64,000 nt of DNA from the NCBI GenBank assembly GCA_965199755.1, contig CBDASZ010000001.1:608001-672000 (forward strand), written 5' to 3'. Made by a program: the position numbers and the translations under genes. Each line of letters opens with the position of its first letter. The stretch's first letter is position 1. The stretch comes from an uncultured candidatus Porisulfidus sp. (GTDB lineage Bacteria; Pseudomonadota; Gammaproteobacteria; Poriferisulfidales; Poriferisulfidaceae). Shown piece after piece: positions 1 through 12,658 of this stretch. The notes beneath the pieces are model-generated. The model worked only from the letters and a program-made list of their open reading frames with translations. It was not told the DNA's origin and searched no databases.

Positions 1-1053
1 CTGCAGGGCACGCTGCGTCAGTTCTCCAGCGGGGCTGTTCAGTTCAATGCCAATCATCAGCCCCGCGCCACGCACTTCACGCACTCCGGCGAGCGGCTCC
101 AGATGGGTTTTCAGCTGGTCGAGCAGTAACTGGCCGACGTGTGCAGCATGGGCGCATAGCTGATCTCTTTCGATGACGTCCAGCACGGTCAATCCGGCCC
201 GGCAGGCCAGTGGGTTGCCGCCGAAGGTGGTACCGTGGCGTCCGGCTTCCATTAAGTCGTCCACAGCCGGACCACTCAGACACGCGCCGATCGGATAGCC
301 GTTACCGAGCGCCTTGGCGATGGTCACAATATCCGGCTGAATGCCATGGTGCTGGTAGGCGAACATCGCGCCAGTGCGTCCCAGTCCGGTCTGAATCTCA
401 TCCAGAATGAGCAGTGTGTTGTGCCGAGTGCACAAGTCGCGCAGGCGCGGCAGATACTCTGCGCCCGGGATGCGTACGCCGCCTTCGCCCTGAATCGGTT
501 CCGCCAGGACGGCGACGACGTTCGGATTGGATTGCAGCGCTGTGCCCACCGCACCAAGGTCATTGAAAGGCACGGGCACGAAACTGGCATCGTACGGGGC
601 GTAGCCGTTGCGCACACGCTCGCCGGAAGAGGCGCTGAGCGTGGCGATGGTGCGGCCATGAAATGCGCCGTCCAGCACCAGCACTTGCGGCGTGTCGATG
701 TTCTTCGCGTGTCCAAACAGCCGCGCCATCTTAAGCGCGCATTCGTTGGCTTCCGCGCCGGAATTACAGAAGAACGCCTGTTGCATATCAGCGGTCGTGG
801 TGAGTTTGGCTGCGAGTTCCTGCTGGTGGGGGATTTCGTACAGGTTTGATGTGTGCACCAAAGTGGCGGCTTGATCCTGCAGCGCCGCGGTCACGTCCCG
901 ATGGCAATGCCCAAGCGCGCAGACCGCAATGCCAGCGATGGCGTCGAGATATTCGTTGCCCGCGTCGTCGTACAGCATACAGCCGTCGCCGCGCACGAAG
1001 TGCATCGGCAAACGCGCATAGGTCGGCAACAAAGGTGACGCGGGAGTATTCAT
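1..1053 (-). CDS. argD: Acetylornithine/succinylornithine aminotransferase (class III PLP), 3' end runs off the window
   Basis: Manual translation from ATG at 1053: MNTPASPLLPTYARLP..YLDAIAGIAVCALGH..FFCNSGAEANE..FHGRT..EPIQGEGG..DEIQTGLGRTG..IAKALGNG..HGTTFGGNPLAC; open to position 1; absent from the ORF track because no stop is in the window. Confidence 0.92.
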   Translation of the reverse strand, partial: MNTPASPLLPTYARLPMHFVRGDGCMLYDDAGNEYLDAIAGIAVCALGHCHRDVTAALQDQAATLVHTSNLYEIPHQQELAAKLTTTADMQQAFFCNSGAEANECALKMARLFGHAKNIDTPQVLVLDGAFHGRTIATLSASSGERVRNGYAPYDASFVPVPFNDLGAVGTALQSNPNVVAVLAEPIQGEGGVRIPGAEYLPRLRDLCTRHNTLLILDEIQTGLGRTGAMFAYQHHGIQPDIVTIAKALGNGYPIGACLSGPAVDDLMEAGRHGTTFGGNPLACRAGLTVLDVIERDQLCAHAAHVGQLLLDQLKTHLEPLAGVREVRGAGLMIGIELNSPAGELTQRALQ

Positions 1054-1068
1054 GATTAAAGGGGGACA

Positions 1069-1092
1069 AGCGGCAGTCCGCAGACTGCCGCT
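1069..1092 (-). terminator. Perfect 10-bp hairpin between the PuuD-like gene and argD
   Basis: AGCGGCAGTC-CGCA-GACTGCCGCT; only a weak U-tract on the minus strand. Confidence 0.5.
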
Positions 1093-1122
1093 CTTAAGGG
1101 TGGAGCGCAGAGGGTGCTGGGG

Positions 1123-1707
1123 TTAGAACGCTAAGCCTCCGTGCCCGAATGAAACCATCGACATCAGCATCGGAATGGACAGTAGCGTATTGGTGCGCGA
1201 GGCCAGCATAGCAAGATTCTTGGCCTTGGCTTTCTCCTCATCAGTTGCTTCGACCATGCCAAGCACTTTCTTCTGGTTGGGCCAGATCACCGCCCACACA
1301 TTGACCAGCATGATGGTGCCGAGCCAGACGCCGATACCAATATTCATGTTTTGCAGAGTAAAGGCAGCGACAAAGCCGATTTTCATTGACTCTAGTGCGG
1401 CCGCACCCGTCAACCAGGTCAGCAAGGCTGCCCAGCGAAACCACAGCAAGGCGCGTGGCGCGACATACTTGTTGATGGCCGCGGGTCCGGGGCCGTCAGA
1501 GTCAGCCAATGCGGCACCGACCGCTGGAATCTGTACGAAATTGAAGTAGTACAGCAAGCCGATCCAGATGATGCCGACGAACACATGGGCCCAGACGATA
1601 AGGCTGGCCAGATTGACCTCAAAGCCTTGTACCAGAGCGCCGATGATGATCGCCAGAATAAGGCCGGAGACAAGCGTTCCGGTTACTGATTTGAGTGGAT
1701 TTTGCAT
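1123..1707 (-). CDS. Urate hydroxylase PuuD-like membrane protein (membrane domain only)
   Basis: WAHVFVGIIWIGLLYYFNFVQ, ALLWFRW, GTIMLVNVWAVIWPNQKK, ASRTNTLLSIPML; several hydrophobic segments; GGAG RBS. Confidence 0.7.
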   Translation of the reverse strand: MQNPLKSVTGTLVSGLILAIIIGALVQGFEVNLASLIVWAHVFVGIIWIGLLYYFNFVQIPAVGAALADSDGPGPAAINKYVAPRALLWFRWAALLTWLTGAAALESMKIGFVAAFTLQNMNIGIGVWLGTIMLVNVWAVIWPNQKKVLGMVEATDEEKAKAKNLAMLASRTNTLLSIPMLMSMVSFGHGGLAF

Positions 1708-2273
1708 GATTCTCTCCTGCAGTGCAGATAATAAGATTGTAGCACCTCACGGATATGGCATTGGCTTCGAGTAATAGCGAATAGATGTAATTCGGAGTGA
1801 ACCAGTTGGTCAATCTCCGAATCTACGGTTTAGTTTGGGGCGGCCAGTACTTTGGCCCATTCCTCATCCAGCCATCCCGGCTCGCGAGGCAAGCACACAG
1901 TGCGCCCATCGCCCTCCACTGCTGGTCTGTGCCAGCCCGGTCCGAGATACTCGTAAAAGTAAAAAGTGAATTAAATGTTGTTCGGTCACTTTCCACACCG
2001 ATTTTCAGATTGTACCCCCCTTTTATAACCCGTGTGCGGTGACAGCATTTCGAGGTGGTTCCACGATGTTGTGCGTATGAGAGATGGCGGCGGTCATATC
2101 AAAAAATATATAAGGTATGCAAGCCGACAGGCCGCGATTGAACTGACAAAAGGGCTGATTGTGCGATGGTTTCAGGTTCGCGCGGTCCGGTCATTGAAGA
2201 TGGCGATGCTGCGAGGGATATGCCCGCACAAGTAAAATGCCTTCGCACAGTCCCCGGACGCATCACCCCAGAC

Positions 2274-4701
<2,428 letters not shown>

Positions 4702-4709
<8 letters not shown>

Positions 4710-5181
4710 GCGTATGGTGTTCGCTCTGGGCGTGTGTGTGGCGCTTGGCGGTTGTGAATTTAAACTGGCGGGAACGCCTGGCGCATTGCCGGACATCGCG
4801 CAGCAGACGCTGGAGATCTCTGGTGGTAGTGCGGAATTTCGGTACCTGCTTCGTTCGACGTTGCGCGAGCAAGGTGTGCGTATTGATGCTGAAGGCGCGG
4901 AACTGATTGTGCATTTGCAGGGACCGGAGCGCCGACGGCGGGTGCTGGCGGTGGATCAGGAGTTCGATGCGCGTGAATATGAACTAGTGATGCACCTGAC
5001 GGTGCGTCTGCAAGTGCCTGGTGCGGAGAAATCCGAACCGCTGACCTTGTCGCGTACGCGCAACTGGCTGTTTGACGCGCGGCATACGTTGGCCGCGGAT
5101 GAGGAGCGAGCAGTACTGGAGCAGGAGATGCGACTCGAATTGATGGAGGCGCTGGTGCTGCATATACAGGCCCACTCATGA
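4702..5181 (+). CDS. lptE: LPS assembly lipoprotein LptE
   Basis: Lipobox LGGC, then EFKL; [16 protein letters not shown]; directly after leuS as is typical. Confidence 0.85.
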
Positions 5182-5537
5182 GCAGCGATGCGGTGAGCGA
5201 GCCGAGTTTGTTCAGTCGGATCATTGACGGCGAGATTCCGGCTGATTTTGTTTATCAGGACGATGTGTGCGTGGCATTTCGCGACGTCAGTCCGCAAGCG
5301 CCGACGCATGTGCTGATTGTGCCACGTGAGCCGCTGGATTGCATCGGCCATGCCCGCGATGAGCAGCAGGACATGCTTGGGCATCTGATGTTGGTGGCCG
5401 GCAAGGTGGCTCGTGAACTGGGTTGCGATGATGCGTTTCGTCTGGTGATCAATCACGGGGCCGGAGTCGGGCAGTCGGTGTTTCACCTGCATGTGCATCT
5501 GTTGGCGGGTCGCGCGTTTGACTGGCCGCCAGGCTGA
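5178..5537 (+). CDS. Histidine triad nucleotide-binding (HIT/HinT) protein
   Basis: LFSRIIDGEIPAD, PQAPTHVLIVP, HLHVHLLAGR, WPPG C-terminus. Confidence 0.95.
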   Translation: MSSDAVSEPSLFSRIIDGEIPADFVYQDDVCVAFRDVSPQAPTHVLIVPREPLDCIGHARDEQQDMLGHLMLVAGKVARELGCDDAFRLVINHGAGVGQSVFHLHVHLLAGRAFDWPPG

Positions 5538-5540
5538 GTG

Positions 5541-5984
5541 ATGGCAGAGGAGACAGCGGCCGCGTTCGACTGGCGGTGCCGCATAACCTGGGGGCGCTCG
5601 GCATACAACACGATGTGGTGCCTGATCGGTTGCGCCGTTGGTGATTTTGGCACGATTTTCTACTTCCAGTATTACCAGATCGAAGCGCCGGTGCTGCTGA
5701 TTTTTGGACTGGCGATGTTCAACGGCATTGTGACCAGCATTCTGCTGGAGACAATTTTGCTGTGTCGCTCTATGGCGTTGTGGCAGGCGTTTCGCACGGC
5801 GACCGGAATGAGTTTGATCAGCATGATTTCCATGGAGCTGGCCATGAACGGGATGGACTGGCTGTTGGTCGGCGCACTGGAGTTACGCTGGTGGTCAATG
5901 TTGCCGGCGCTGGCGGTTGGATTTCTGACGCCGTGGCCGTACAACTACTGGCGGCTGAAAGCGCTAGGGAAGGCTTGCCACTAG
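5541..5984 (+). CDS. DUF4396-type membrane protein
   Basis: NTMWCLIGCAVGD, GMSLISMISMELAMN, GFLTPWPYNYWRL..GKACH. Confidence 0.7.
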   Translation: MAEETAAAFDWRCRITWGRSAYNTMWCLIGCAVGDFGTIFYFQYYQIEAPVLLIFGLAMFNGIVTSILLETILLCRSMALWQAFRTATGMSLISMISMELAMNGMDWLLVGALELRWWSMLPALAVGFLTPWPYNYWRLKALGKACH

Positions 5985-6017
5985 GGTGCGGGCACTTTTG
6001 AGAGTGGGTGCGTTGAT

Positions 6018-6312
6018 GCACTGATGGTATGAGAGGCCGGCACGGGAACCTACACGTGAAACTGGCTACGTAGCCTGCGGGTACGGTGGTCGTCACGCCG
6101 TCGAGCGACACCACGTCGGTCGCCACGGTATCCGGGGCGCTCACATTTTCGACGACCACCCGGAGTACGGCGCAGAATGTGACAGTGACGGTGGCAGCAG
6201 TCAGAGATTGGGCATCGCATGGCAGCGACCCGGCATGGATCTGGGCCTGGAAGGCTTCACCAGCGACGGTGGCGACACGGGTGCGCAGTTGCAGCTGGAC
6301 ATCCAGCGGTAA
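6018..6312 (+). pseudogene. Relic of a large repeat-containing adhesin/autotransporter
   Basis: Reads ALMV*EAGTGTYT/VKLAT*PAGTVVVTPSSDTTSVATVSGALTFSTTTRSTAQNVTVTV with stops and a frameshift, joined to a second frame RLGIAWQRPGMDLGLEGF..GAQLQLDIQR*. Confidence 0.6.
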
Positions 6313-6417
6313 GCCGATTTGAGCGCCGCCGGCAGCCCAAAAACAACGCGCCCTGAGCGACCCTGCTAAAATTCACCGTTCTGCCACTTGAACCATGGCA
6401 GTGTCACGTTTTCCTGT

Positions 6418-6494
6418 GCGCCCGTAGCTCAGTTGGATAGAGTGTGTGGCTACGAACCACAAGGTCGGGGGTTCGAATCCCTCCGGGCGCGCCA
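6418..6494 (+). tRNA. tRNA-Arg(ACG)
   Basis: Acceptor stem GCGCCCG/CGGGCGC, AGCTCAGTTGGATAGAG D-arm, TGTGG-CTACGAA-CCACA anticodon arm, GGTTCGAATCC T-loop, encoded CCA. Confidence 0.98.
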
Positions 6495-6533
6495 ATTACA
6501 ATGAACCAGTCATTTTTTTGAGAGAATTTGCCA

Positions 6534-6827
6534 ATGGAGCCATTGAACCTGAGTCGGGAACTGGTGCAGAGCCTGATGAGCGCGCTGCAGCAGCACGATG
6601 CACGATGTGAGGACCCCATGATCGCCGCGCAATACTTGGCTGCGGTGATGGGATTGCTGGTTGGCAATACGCCTATTGAGGCAGAAGGCAAGCGCGAGGC
6701 CATGGACGAACTCAGCGCGTTCGCGCAGCATGTGCTGGGCGATGTACTAGAGCAGACCCAACAGCGCGCCGCGGCCCCCGCGGCTGATCCCTCAAAGGCA
6801 TTCGGGATCTGGAAGCCGCCAGAATAA
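6534..6827 (+). CDS. Small hypothetical protein
   Basis: About 97 aa ORF filling the tRNA-serS gap; QYLAAVMG and AFGIWKP resemble a conserved gammaproteobacterial hypothetical. Confidence 0.7.
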   Translation: MEPLNLSRELVQSLMSALQQHDARCEDPMIAAQYLAAVMGLLVGNTPIEAEGKREAMDELSAFAQHVLGDVLEQTQQRAAAPAADPSKAFGIWKPPE

Positions 6828-6842
6828 CTGACTCCACGCGCA

Positions 6843-8123
6843 ATGCTGGACCTGAAACACCTGCGCGCTGACCCGCAAGCAGTGGCGGACAATCTGGCGC
6901 GTCGCGGCTACACCTTCGATGTTTCCGGCTTCACGCAACTGGAGGCGACGCGCAAACAGATCCAGACCGAAACCGAAGAACTGCAGCATCAGCGCAACAC
7001 GCTGTCGCGCGAAATTGGTCAGCGGCGCGGTGCTGGAGAGGATGCCAATGCTCTGATGGCTGAAGCGGCGACGCTGGGAGAGACCCTGGAGGCGCGGCAG
7101 CATCAATTGCGCGACATTCAGGAGCAACTGGAATCCCTGTTACTGGAAGTGCCCAACGTACTGGATGCGCAAGTGCCGGAGGGCGATGAACCAGATGACA
7201 ATGAGGAACTGAGACGCTGGGGCACGCCTCGGGACTTCGACTTCGAACCGAAGGACCACGTCGCTTTGGGAGAAGACTTGGCGCATGGTCTGGATCTGCA
7301 GGGCGCAGTACAGATGTCGGGTTCGCGTTTTGCTGTGTTGCAGGGTGATCTGGCGCTGTTGTATCGCGCTTTGGGGCAATTCATGCTGCAGGTGCACACG
7401 CAGGAGCACGGCTACTGCGAAACGGCGGTGCCGTATCTGGTCAACGCGGAAAGTTTGTATGGCACCGGACAGCTGCCGAAATTTCGTGAAGATCTGTTTG
7501 CTGTGGAGGGCGAAGAGCATTTTCTGATCCCGACCTCGGAAGTGCCGCTCACCAACCTGTTGCGCGATACGATTCTGGAACCGGAAGCGCTGCCGTGGAT
7601 GCGGGTCGCGCACACACCGTGCTTTCGCGCCGAGGCCGGCTCATACGGCAAGGACACGCACGGTCTGATTCGCCAGCATCAATTTGACAAGGTGGAACTG
7701 GTGATGGCGGTGCACCCAGACGAATCCGAGGCTGCTCTGGAGAGCCTGACCGCTCATGCGGAGACGATTCTGCAGCGCTTGGATCTGCCGTATCGTGTGG
7801 TGTCCCTGTGTGCCGGGGATATGGGCTTCGCGGCGGCACGTACATACGATCTGGAAGTGTGGCTGCCGGGACAGCAGACCTACCGGGAAATTTCTTCCTG
7901 CAGCAACTTCCGGGCATTTCAGGCGCGTCGGATCAAGGCGCGCTATCGGTCAGCGCTGGAAACGGCCCCGCAACTGTTGCATACGCTCAATGGCTCCGGC
8001 TTGGCGGTCGGACGCACTCTGGTTGCGGTACTAGAGAACGGCCAGCGCGAGGACGGCAGCATTGAAGTGCCCGAATGTCTGGCCCCATGGATGAACGGAC
8101 TCAAGGAACTGCGTACTCCATGA
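6843..8123 (+). CDS. serS: Serine--tRNA ligase
   Basis: MLD N-terminus, coiled-coil arm, [44 protein letters not shown]. Confidence 0.98.
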   Translation: MLDLKHLRADPQAVADNLARRGYTFDVSGFTQLEATRKQIQTETEELQHQRNTLSREIGQRRGAGEDANALMAEAATLGETLEARQHQLRDIQEQLESLLLEVPNVLDAQVPEGDEPDDNEELRRWGTPRDFDFEPKDHVALGEDLAHGLDLQGAVQMSGSRFAVLQGDLALLYRALGQFMLQVHTQEHGYCETAVPYLVNAESLYGTGQLPKFREDLFAVEGEEHFLIPTSEVPLTNLLRDTILEPEALPWMRVAHTPCFRAEAGSYGKDTHGLIRQHQFDKVELVMAVHPDESEAALESLTAHAETILQRLDLPYRVVSLCAGDMGFAAARTYDLEVWLPGQQTYREISSCSNFRAFQARRIKARYRSALETAPQLLHTLNGSGLAVGRTLVAVLENGQREDGSIEVPECLAPWMNGLKELRTP

Positions 8124-8620
8124 CCTTGTCGGAGAGATCCTCAGGAGTTGTCGAGTGGATTGGTATTCGACCGGGTCGCAGTCAGCCCATGACCGCATGC
8201 TCAGAAGTTTGGGCGTTGCGCAATCGAGGTCTGGAGAAGGATTATGCGGCAAAGCGCACGGGTGGGAAAAGGCAGGTTACGCTGATACAACAGGAAGACT
8301 TCTCTAGGATTGAAGCGCAGTTGAAGGGATGGGCGCAGCCGGAGCAGTTGCGTCGCAATCTGGTGATCTCCGGGATTGATCTCAATACCCTGATTGGACA
8401 GTCTTTTCGGATTGGCGATGCTGTGTTCGAGGGCAGCGGGACGTGTCCGCCGTGCCGCAAAATGGACGCAGCTTTGGGTGAGGGCGGCTGTGTCGCAATG
8501 ACTGATCTGGGAGGCATTACGGCGCGTGTGCTGTCCGACGGTGCGATTCGCATCGGTGACGCAGTATCCCTTGATGGTGTGCCCGATGCGCTTTCGGTTG
8601 CGGCTGTCGAACAGGTGTGA
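8120..8620 (+). CDS. MOSC domain protein
   Basis: [40 protein letters not shown]; ATGA overlap with serS. Confidence 0.85.
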   Translation: MTLSERSSGVVEWIGIRPGRSQPMTACSEVWALRNRGLEKDYAAKRTGGKRQVTLIQQEDFSRIEAQLKGWAQPEQLRRNLVISGIDLNTLIGQSFRIGDAVFEGSGTCPPCRKMDAALGEGGCVAMTDLGGITARVLSDGAIRIGDAVSLDGVPDALSVAAVEQV

Positions 8621-8621
8621 C

Positions 8622-8921
8622 ATGCCAATCTATGAGTATCGCTGCGAGGCGTGCGGCGAGGAGCACGAAGCCTTGCAGAAAATGAGTGAGCCACCGTTGC
8701 GGATATGTCCGCGATGCGGGGAGGACCGTCTGCGCAAACAGTTGACCGCACCTGGTTTTCAATTGAAAGGGAGCGGTTGGTATGAGACAGACTTCAAGGA
8801 TAACGGTAAAGAGAAGAAAAAAGACACAGAGAAATCGGAGAGCAAAAAGGATACCGGAGCATCAAAAACTGCGACCAAGGAATCTACTGCCAAGACATCA
8901 GACAACACGTCCTCGGCCTGA
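8622..8921 (+). CDS. FmdB-family zinc-ribbon protein
   Basis: MPIYEYRCEACG..CPRCG..FQLKGSGWYETDFK with low-complexity K/S/T tail. Confidence 0.9.
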   Translation: MPIYEYRCEACGEEHEALQKMSEPPLRICPRCGEDRLRKQLTAPGFQLKGSGWYETDFKDNGKEKKKDTEKSESKKDTGASKTATKESTAKTSDNTSSA

Positions 8922-9210
8922 TCACTGATTTCAGAGAATTTGGACTTCCAAAAGATCACTCTGGTGCTTCAGGTTGTCCTTGCAAGTCCTGCATGTATGC
9001 ATAGGCAGGCAGTTCTGGCCTCAATTTCTGATTATCCGTGCGAAATGGAAGAATTGTTCACTCATCTCCAATTCTCGCTCCGCCTAAATGCTTGTATTTC
9101 AAGGCTTTCAGCAGGCCAGAAAATTTAAAGCATAGTAAGAGTGTCTGCCAGTCACGCCTTGTGTTTGGCGCAAGGTGGCGGGAACCTAAATAATTTAGTA
9201 AGATGAAGGC

Positions 9211-9552
9211 ATGCGCAAGACATTGCTGACCGCATTGATGGTCATGTACGTTGCAAACACCACCGTAGCGTTTGCTTCGGCGAAGCATTGCGCAATGGAA
9301 ATAGAGCATATCTCCACCATGTCGCAGTCGTCCGAGCATGATCTCTCATGCCATGAGAAGGATCACTCGCAAAATCATGATGAGCACTGCGGCGGCTCCT
9401 GCGCGTGCCCCCATGCAGTCGCGGCATTCACATCCTACTTGAAGTCCGCCGACAGGCTGTTTTCTTTCCCCTCAGTGAAGCCGCAATTCCGACTGCATAA
9501 CGACACGGCGTCCATTCCTCTCACCTGGATCCCTCCGAACCGACCTCCCTGA
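9211..9552 (+). CDS. Secreted Cys/His-rich putative metal-binding protein (CopL/DUF2946-like)
   Basis: Signal-peptide-like start, HC..CH..HCGGSCACPH, C-terminal PPNRPP. Confidence 0.6.
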   Translation: MRKTLLTALMVMYVANTTVAFASAKHCAMEIEHISTMSQSSEHDLSCHEKDHSQNHDEHCGGSCACPHAVAAFTSYLKSADRLFSFPSVKPQFRLHNDTASIPLTWIPPNRPP

Positions 9553-9660
9553 TTCTCTCCCTGAGTGCGCATTTGCGCAATGCGGAACCAATGGGTTTCG
9601 CTGAGGTTGCCGGCGTCATGCTGGCGACGATGATGACTCAATCATTGCTCGGGGAGAACA

Positions 9661-10305
9661 ATGAAACAAATAACCGCACTGCTGGTGATCAGTGCACTGC
9701 TCCATGCCCCGGAGGCATGGCCGAGACCGGTCTCCTATCCGGGAGGCTGGACCAGCGTGGTGATGAATAGTGACGCGCGCAATTCCCTATACGTGCATTA
9801 TTCGCCCACCTCCAGATATTCACTCGGCTACAAGCTGGAATACTGGCGCGACGGGGAGTACGCGATCTCCGCTCTGCAAATGAATAATTTGCTGCAACGC
9901 TTCAATGGATCGGACTATCAGAGCAATATATATCTGAAGTCTGGTGTCGGCGTCGCCTATCGGGATCGAGGCCAGGAGGATCATAAAGTCGAACCGACTG
10001 TGTATACGGGGGTTGCGATAGACTGGGAGAGCCGCCGCTTTTTTGCGCGATACGAAAATCGCTACACGGAAGCGGGTGCGATCGATGATTTCTTCATGCA
10101 ATCGGTTCGTGTTGGCATCGCGCCTTATCTTGGCGATTATGGCGATCTGCATACGTGGGTGATGCTGGAGCTGGAACATAAGCCGGAACATTATGACCCC
10201 GTTGTGGTCAAACCATTGCTACGCTTCTTCAAGGGCACCCATCTGGTTGAAGTCGGCATGAGCACACGCGGAGAAGTCCTTTTCAACTGGATTATTCGCT
10301 ACTGA
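9661..10305 (+). CDS. Putative outer-membrane beta-barrel protein
   Basis: Signal peptide, RPVSYPGGW, alternating aromatic beta-strands, terminal NWIIRY. Confidence 0.65.
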   Translation: MKQITALLVISALLHAPEAWPRPVSYPGGWTSVVMNSDARNSLYVHYSPTSRYSLGYKLEYWRDGEYAISALQMNNLLQRFNGSDYQSNIYLKSGVGVAYRDRGQEDHKVEPTVYTGVAIDWESRRFFARYENRYTEAGAIDDFFMQSVRVGIAPYLGDYGDLHTWVMLELEHKPEHYDPVVVKPLLRFFKGTHLVEVGMSTRGEVLFNWIIRY

Positions 10306-10327
10306 ACTTAAACAACAAGAGGAAGAT

Positions 10328-10642
10328 ATGAAAACTAGGAACCTGATTTTGGCGCTGGCGCTGTGGCTACCTGTGGCGCTGGCAGAGACTCCCGCAGAGC
10401 GGATTTATGTCGATGTGAATGGCATGGTCTGCGATTTCTGTGCGCGCAGTCTGGAGAAAGTGTTCGGCAAGCAGGATGCCGTTTCTGGCATTGACGTAGA
10501 CCTGGACAACAAGATTATCACGATTGACCTCAACGAGGGCATGGATCTTGAGGATGAGCTCATCTCGACTCTGGTTGAGGATGCGGGCTACAGCGTGGTC
10601 GGAATACGCCGTGCGGAAGGAGGCGCTAGTGAAAGCGGATAA
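10328..10642 (+). CDS. Periplasmic heavy-metal-associated (HMA/MerP/CopZ-like) protein
   Basis: Signal peptide, GMVCDFC, DAGY; AGAGGA RBS. Confidence 0.88.
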   Translation: MKTRNLILALALWLPVALAETPAERIYVDVNGMVCDFCARSLEKVFGKQDAVSGIDVDLDNKIITIDLNEGMDLEDELISTLVEDAGYSVVGIRRAEGGASESG

Positions 10643-11033
10643 CTCCTCTCCGGTGACGAGTTCCTGGCGTCAGACGACTCTCTCTTCAGTCAGTCTGCTC
10701 GCCAGCCTTGGCACGCTCGTTTGTTGCGCACTCCCGGCCCTGCTTGTGACGCTCGGCATGGGCATGGCGCTGGCGGGTCTGGTGTCCGCCATGCCCTGGG
10801 TCGTCGTCTTGTCGGAGCACAAGGTCCTTGTGTTTGGCGTGTCGGGCGGGGTTCTGTGTCTGGCCGCCCTGTTGCAGTGGCGCGGGAGAAGGGCACCCTG
10901 TCCTGCGGACCCGCATAAAGCAAAGATCTGCACGCTGCTGCGCGAGGTGAGCTGGACTCTTTTGGGGGTCGCAGTCGTGCTGTATGCGGTGGGCTTCTTT
11001 TTTGCCTTTCTGGCGGCGGATATTTTCTTCTAG
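10629..11033 (+). CDS. MerT/MerF-like inner-membrane metal transporter
   Basis: TLVCCALPALLV in TM1, cytoplasmic CPADP..C; GTG start overlapping the HMA gene. Confidence 0.75.
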   Translation: MKADNSSPVTSSWRQTTLSSVSLLASLGTLVCCALPALLVTLGMGMALAGLVSAMPWVVVLSEHKVLVFGVSGGVLCLAALLQWRGRRAPCPADPHKAKICTLLREVSWTLLGVAVVLYAVGFFFAFLAADIFF

Positions 11034-11177
11034 GGCAGATTAAAGTCGGTATCCGCATCGCCTGAATGTTGCATAATTTGCCGAAATAGAGTAACCTATT
11101 CGCCCGTTGACGCATCCTGTGTTGAGCGGGTTGCGTTTTTTAATGACAGACATATCACTATAGACTTAATCCTACGC

Positions 11178-12332
11178 ATGAGAATCGGGATACCTAAGGA
11201 AATTCGCTCGGGAGAAGCCCGCGTCGCCATTTCCCCAGAAACCATCAAAAAACTGACTGCCATGAACATGGAAGTCGTTGTCGAGGCCGGCTGCGGGCAA
11301 GGCTCCTGCGTCACGGATGAGGAATACACCGCCGCAGGCGCGCAAATCGCGCCGGACGCGGCCGCCACTTTGAGCGATGCCGATCTGGTCTTCAAGGTGC
11401 AACGACCGATGAGCGCGCCAGAAGGCACCGATGAGATCGCGCTGATGAAAGAGGGCGCTATTCTGGTCGGACATCTCGGTGCCTTGTCCAATCCCAACTC
11501 GATCAATGGCTACAACACCCGTAAACTGACTTCCTTTGCCATGGATTTGATGCCGCGCATCAGCCGCGCGCAATCCATGGACGTACTCTCCTCACAAAGC
11601 AATCTGGCAGGCTACAAGGCCGTAGTCGACGCCGCGACCGAACATGTCAGCGCGTTTCCGATGATGATGACCGCAGCCGGCACAGTGGCTCCGGCCAAGG
11701 TGTTTGTCATGGGAGTCGGCGTGGCCGGTCTGCAGGCGATCGCCACCGCCAAGCGTATGGGAGCCGTGGTGACCGCATACGACGTACGCCCGGCGACCCG
11801 CGAGCAGGTTGAGAGTCTGGGTGGCAAGTTCCTGATCGTGGACGAAGAAGCCATGAAGGACGCTGAGACCTCAGGCGGTTACGCCAAGGAGATGACCGAG
11901 GAATACAAGCGCAAGGAGCGCGAAGTGATTGCTGGCCATGTCAAGCAGCAGGACATTGTGATTACCACGGCGCTGATTCCGGGACGTCCGGCACCGGTGC
12001 TGGTGACCCGCGAGATGGTGGAGTCCATGAAGCCAGGTTCCGTGATTGTCGACCTGGCGGTGGAAACCGGCGGCAACTGCGAATGTGCCGAGCGTGGTAT
12101 GGTCGCCGAGCATCAGGGCGTGCGCATCATTGGTTACGACAATATGCCAGCGCGACTGGCGCGCGATGCCAGCAACCTGTTTGCCAAGAACATTCTGAAT
12201 TTTCTTTCTCCGCACATCGACACGGAAAGCGGTTCGCTCAATCTGGATTGGGAGGATGAAACCGTATCGGATACGGTGCTGACGCGCGATGGGGCGGTGG
12301 TCAACGAACGAATCAAGGAGTTGATGTCATGA
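11178..12332 (+). CDS. pntAA: NAD(P) transhydrogenase subunit alpha part 1 (domain I)
   Basis: [50 protein letters not shown]. Confidence 0.96.
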   Translation: MRIGIPKEIRSGEARVAISPETIKKLTAMNMEVVVEAGCGQGSCVTDEEYTAAGAQIAPDAAATLSDADLVFKVQRPMSAPEGTDEIALMKEGAILVGHLGALSNPNSINGYNTRKLTSFAMDLMPRISRAQSMDVLSSQSNLAGYKAVVDAATEHVSAFPMMMTAAGTVAPAKVFVMGVGVAGLQAIATAKRMGAVVTAYDVRPATREQVESLGGKFLIVDEEAMKDAETSGGYAKEMTEEYKRKEREVIAGHVKQQDIVITTALIPGRPAPVLVTREMVESMKPGSVIVDLAVETGGNCECAERGMVAEHQGVRIIGYDNMPARLARDASNLFAKNILNFLSPHIDTESGSLNLDWEDETVSDTVLTRDGAVVNERIKELMS

Positions 12333-12640
12333 TGGAAACGTCGTTTCTGAACCTGTTCACTGTGTTTGTGCTGGCGTGCTTCGTCGGCTTCTACGTGGTG
12401 TGGAGCGTCACTCCGGCACTGCATTCGCCGCTGCTGGCGGTGACCAACGCCATTTCTTCCGTGATTATTGTCGGCGGCCTGCTAGCGGCTGGCCCGGAAA
12501 TTGAGGTGCCCGAATTTCTCGGCATGCTGGACTTGTCGGGCCTGATGGGCTTTATCGCGGTGACGCTGGCCTCCGTCAACATCTTCGGCGGCTTTCTGGT
12601 GACCCAGCGCATGCTGGCCATGTTCAAGAAAAAACAGTAA
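12329..12640 (+). CDS. pntAB: NAD(P) transhydrogenase subunit alpha part 2
   Basis: [34 protein letters not shown]. Confidence 0.95.
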   Translation: MMETSFLNLFTVFVLACFVGFYVVWSVTPALHSPLLAVTNAISSVIIVGGLLAAGPEIEVPEFLGMLDLSGLMGFIAVTLASVNIFGGFLVTQRMLAMFKKKQ

Positions 12641-12658
12641 TTTGTCAGGGATGATGCC

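Noticed and set aside
77-1069. Apparently fragmented ORFs suggesting a pseudogene at the window start
   Set aside because: Manual translation gives one uninterrupted argD frame from 1053 to the window edge; the track missed it only because the stop lies outside.
6418-6530. tRNA-Arg as an integration site for an island or prophage
   Set aside because: No integrase and no duplicated tRNA 3' end seen; housekeeping genes follow directly.
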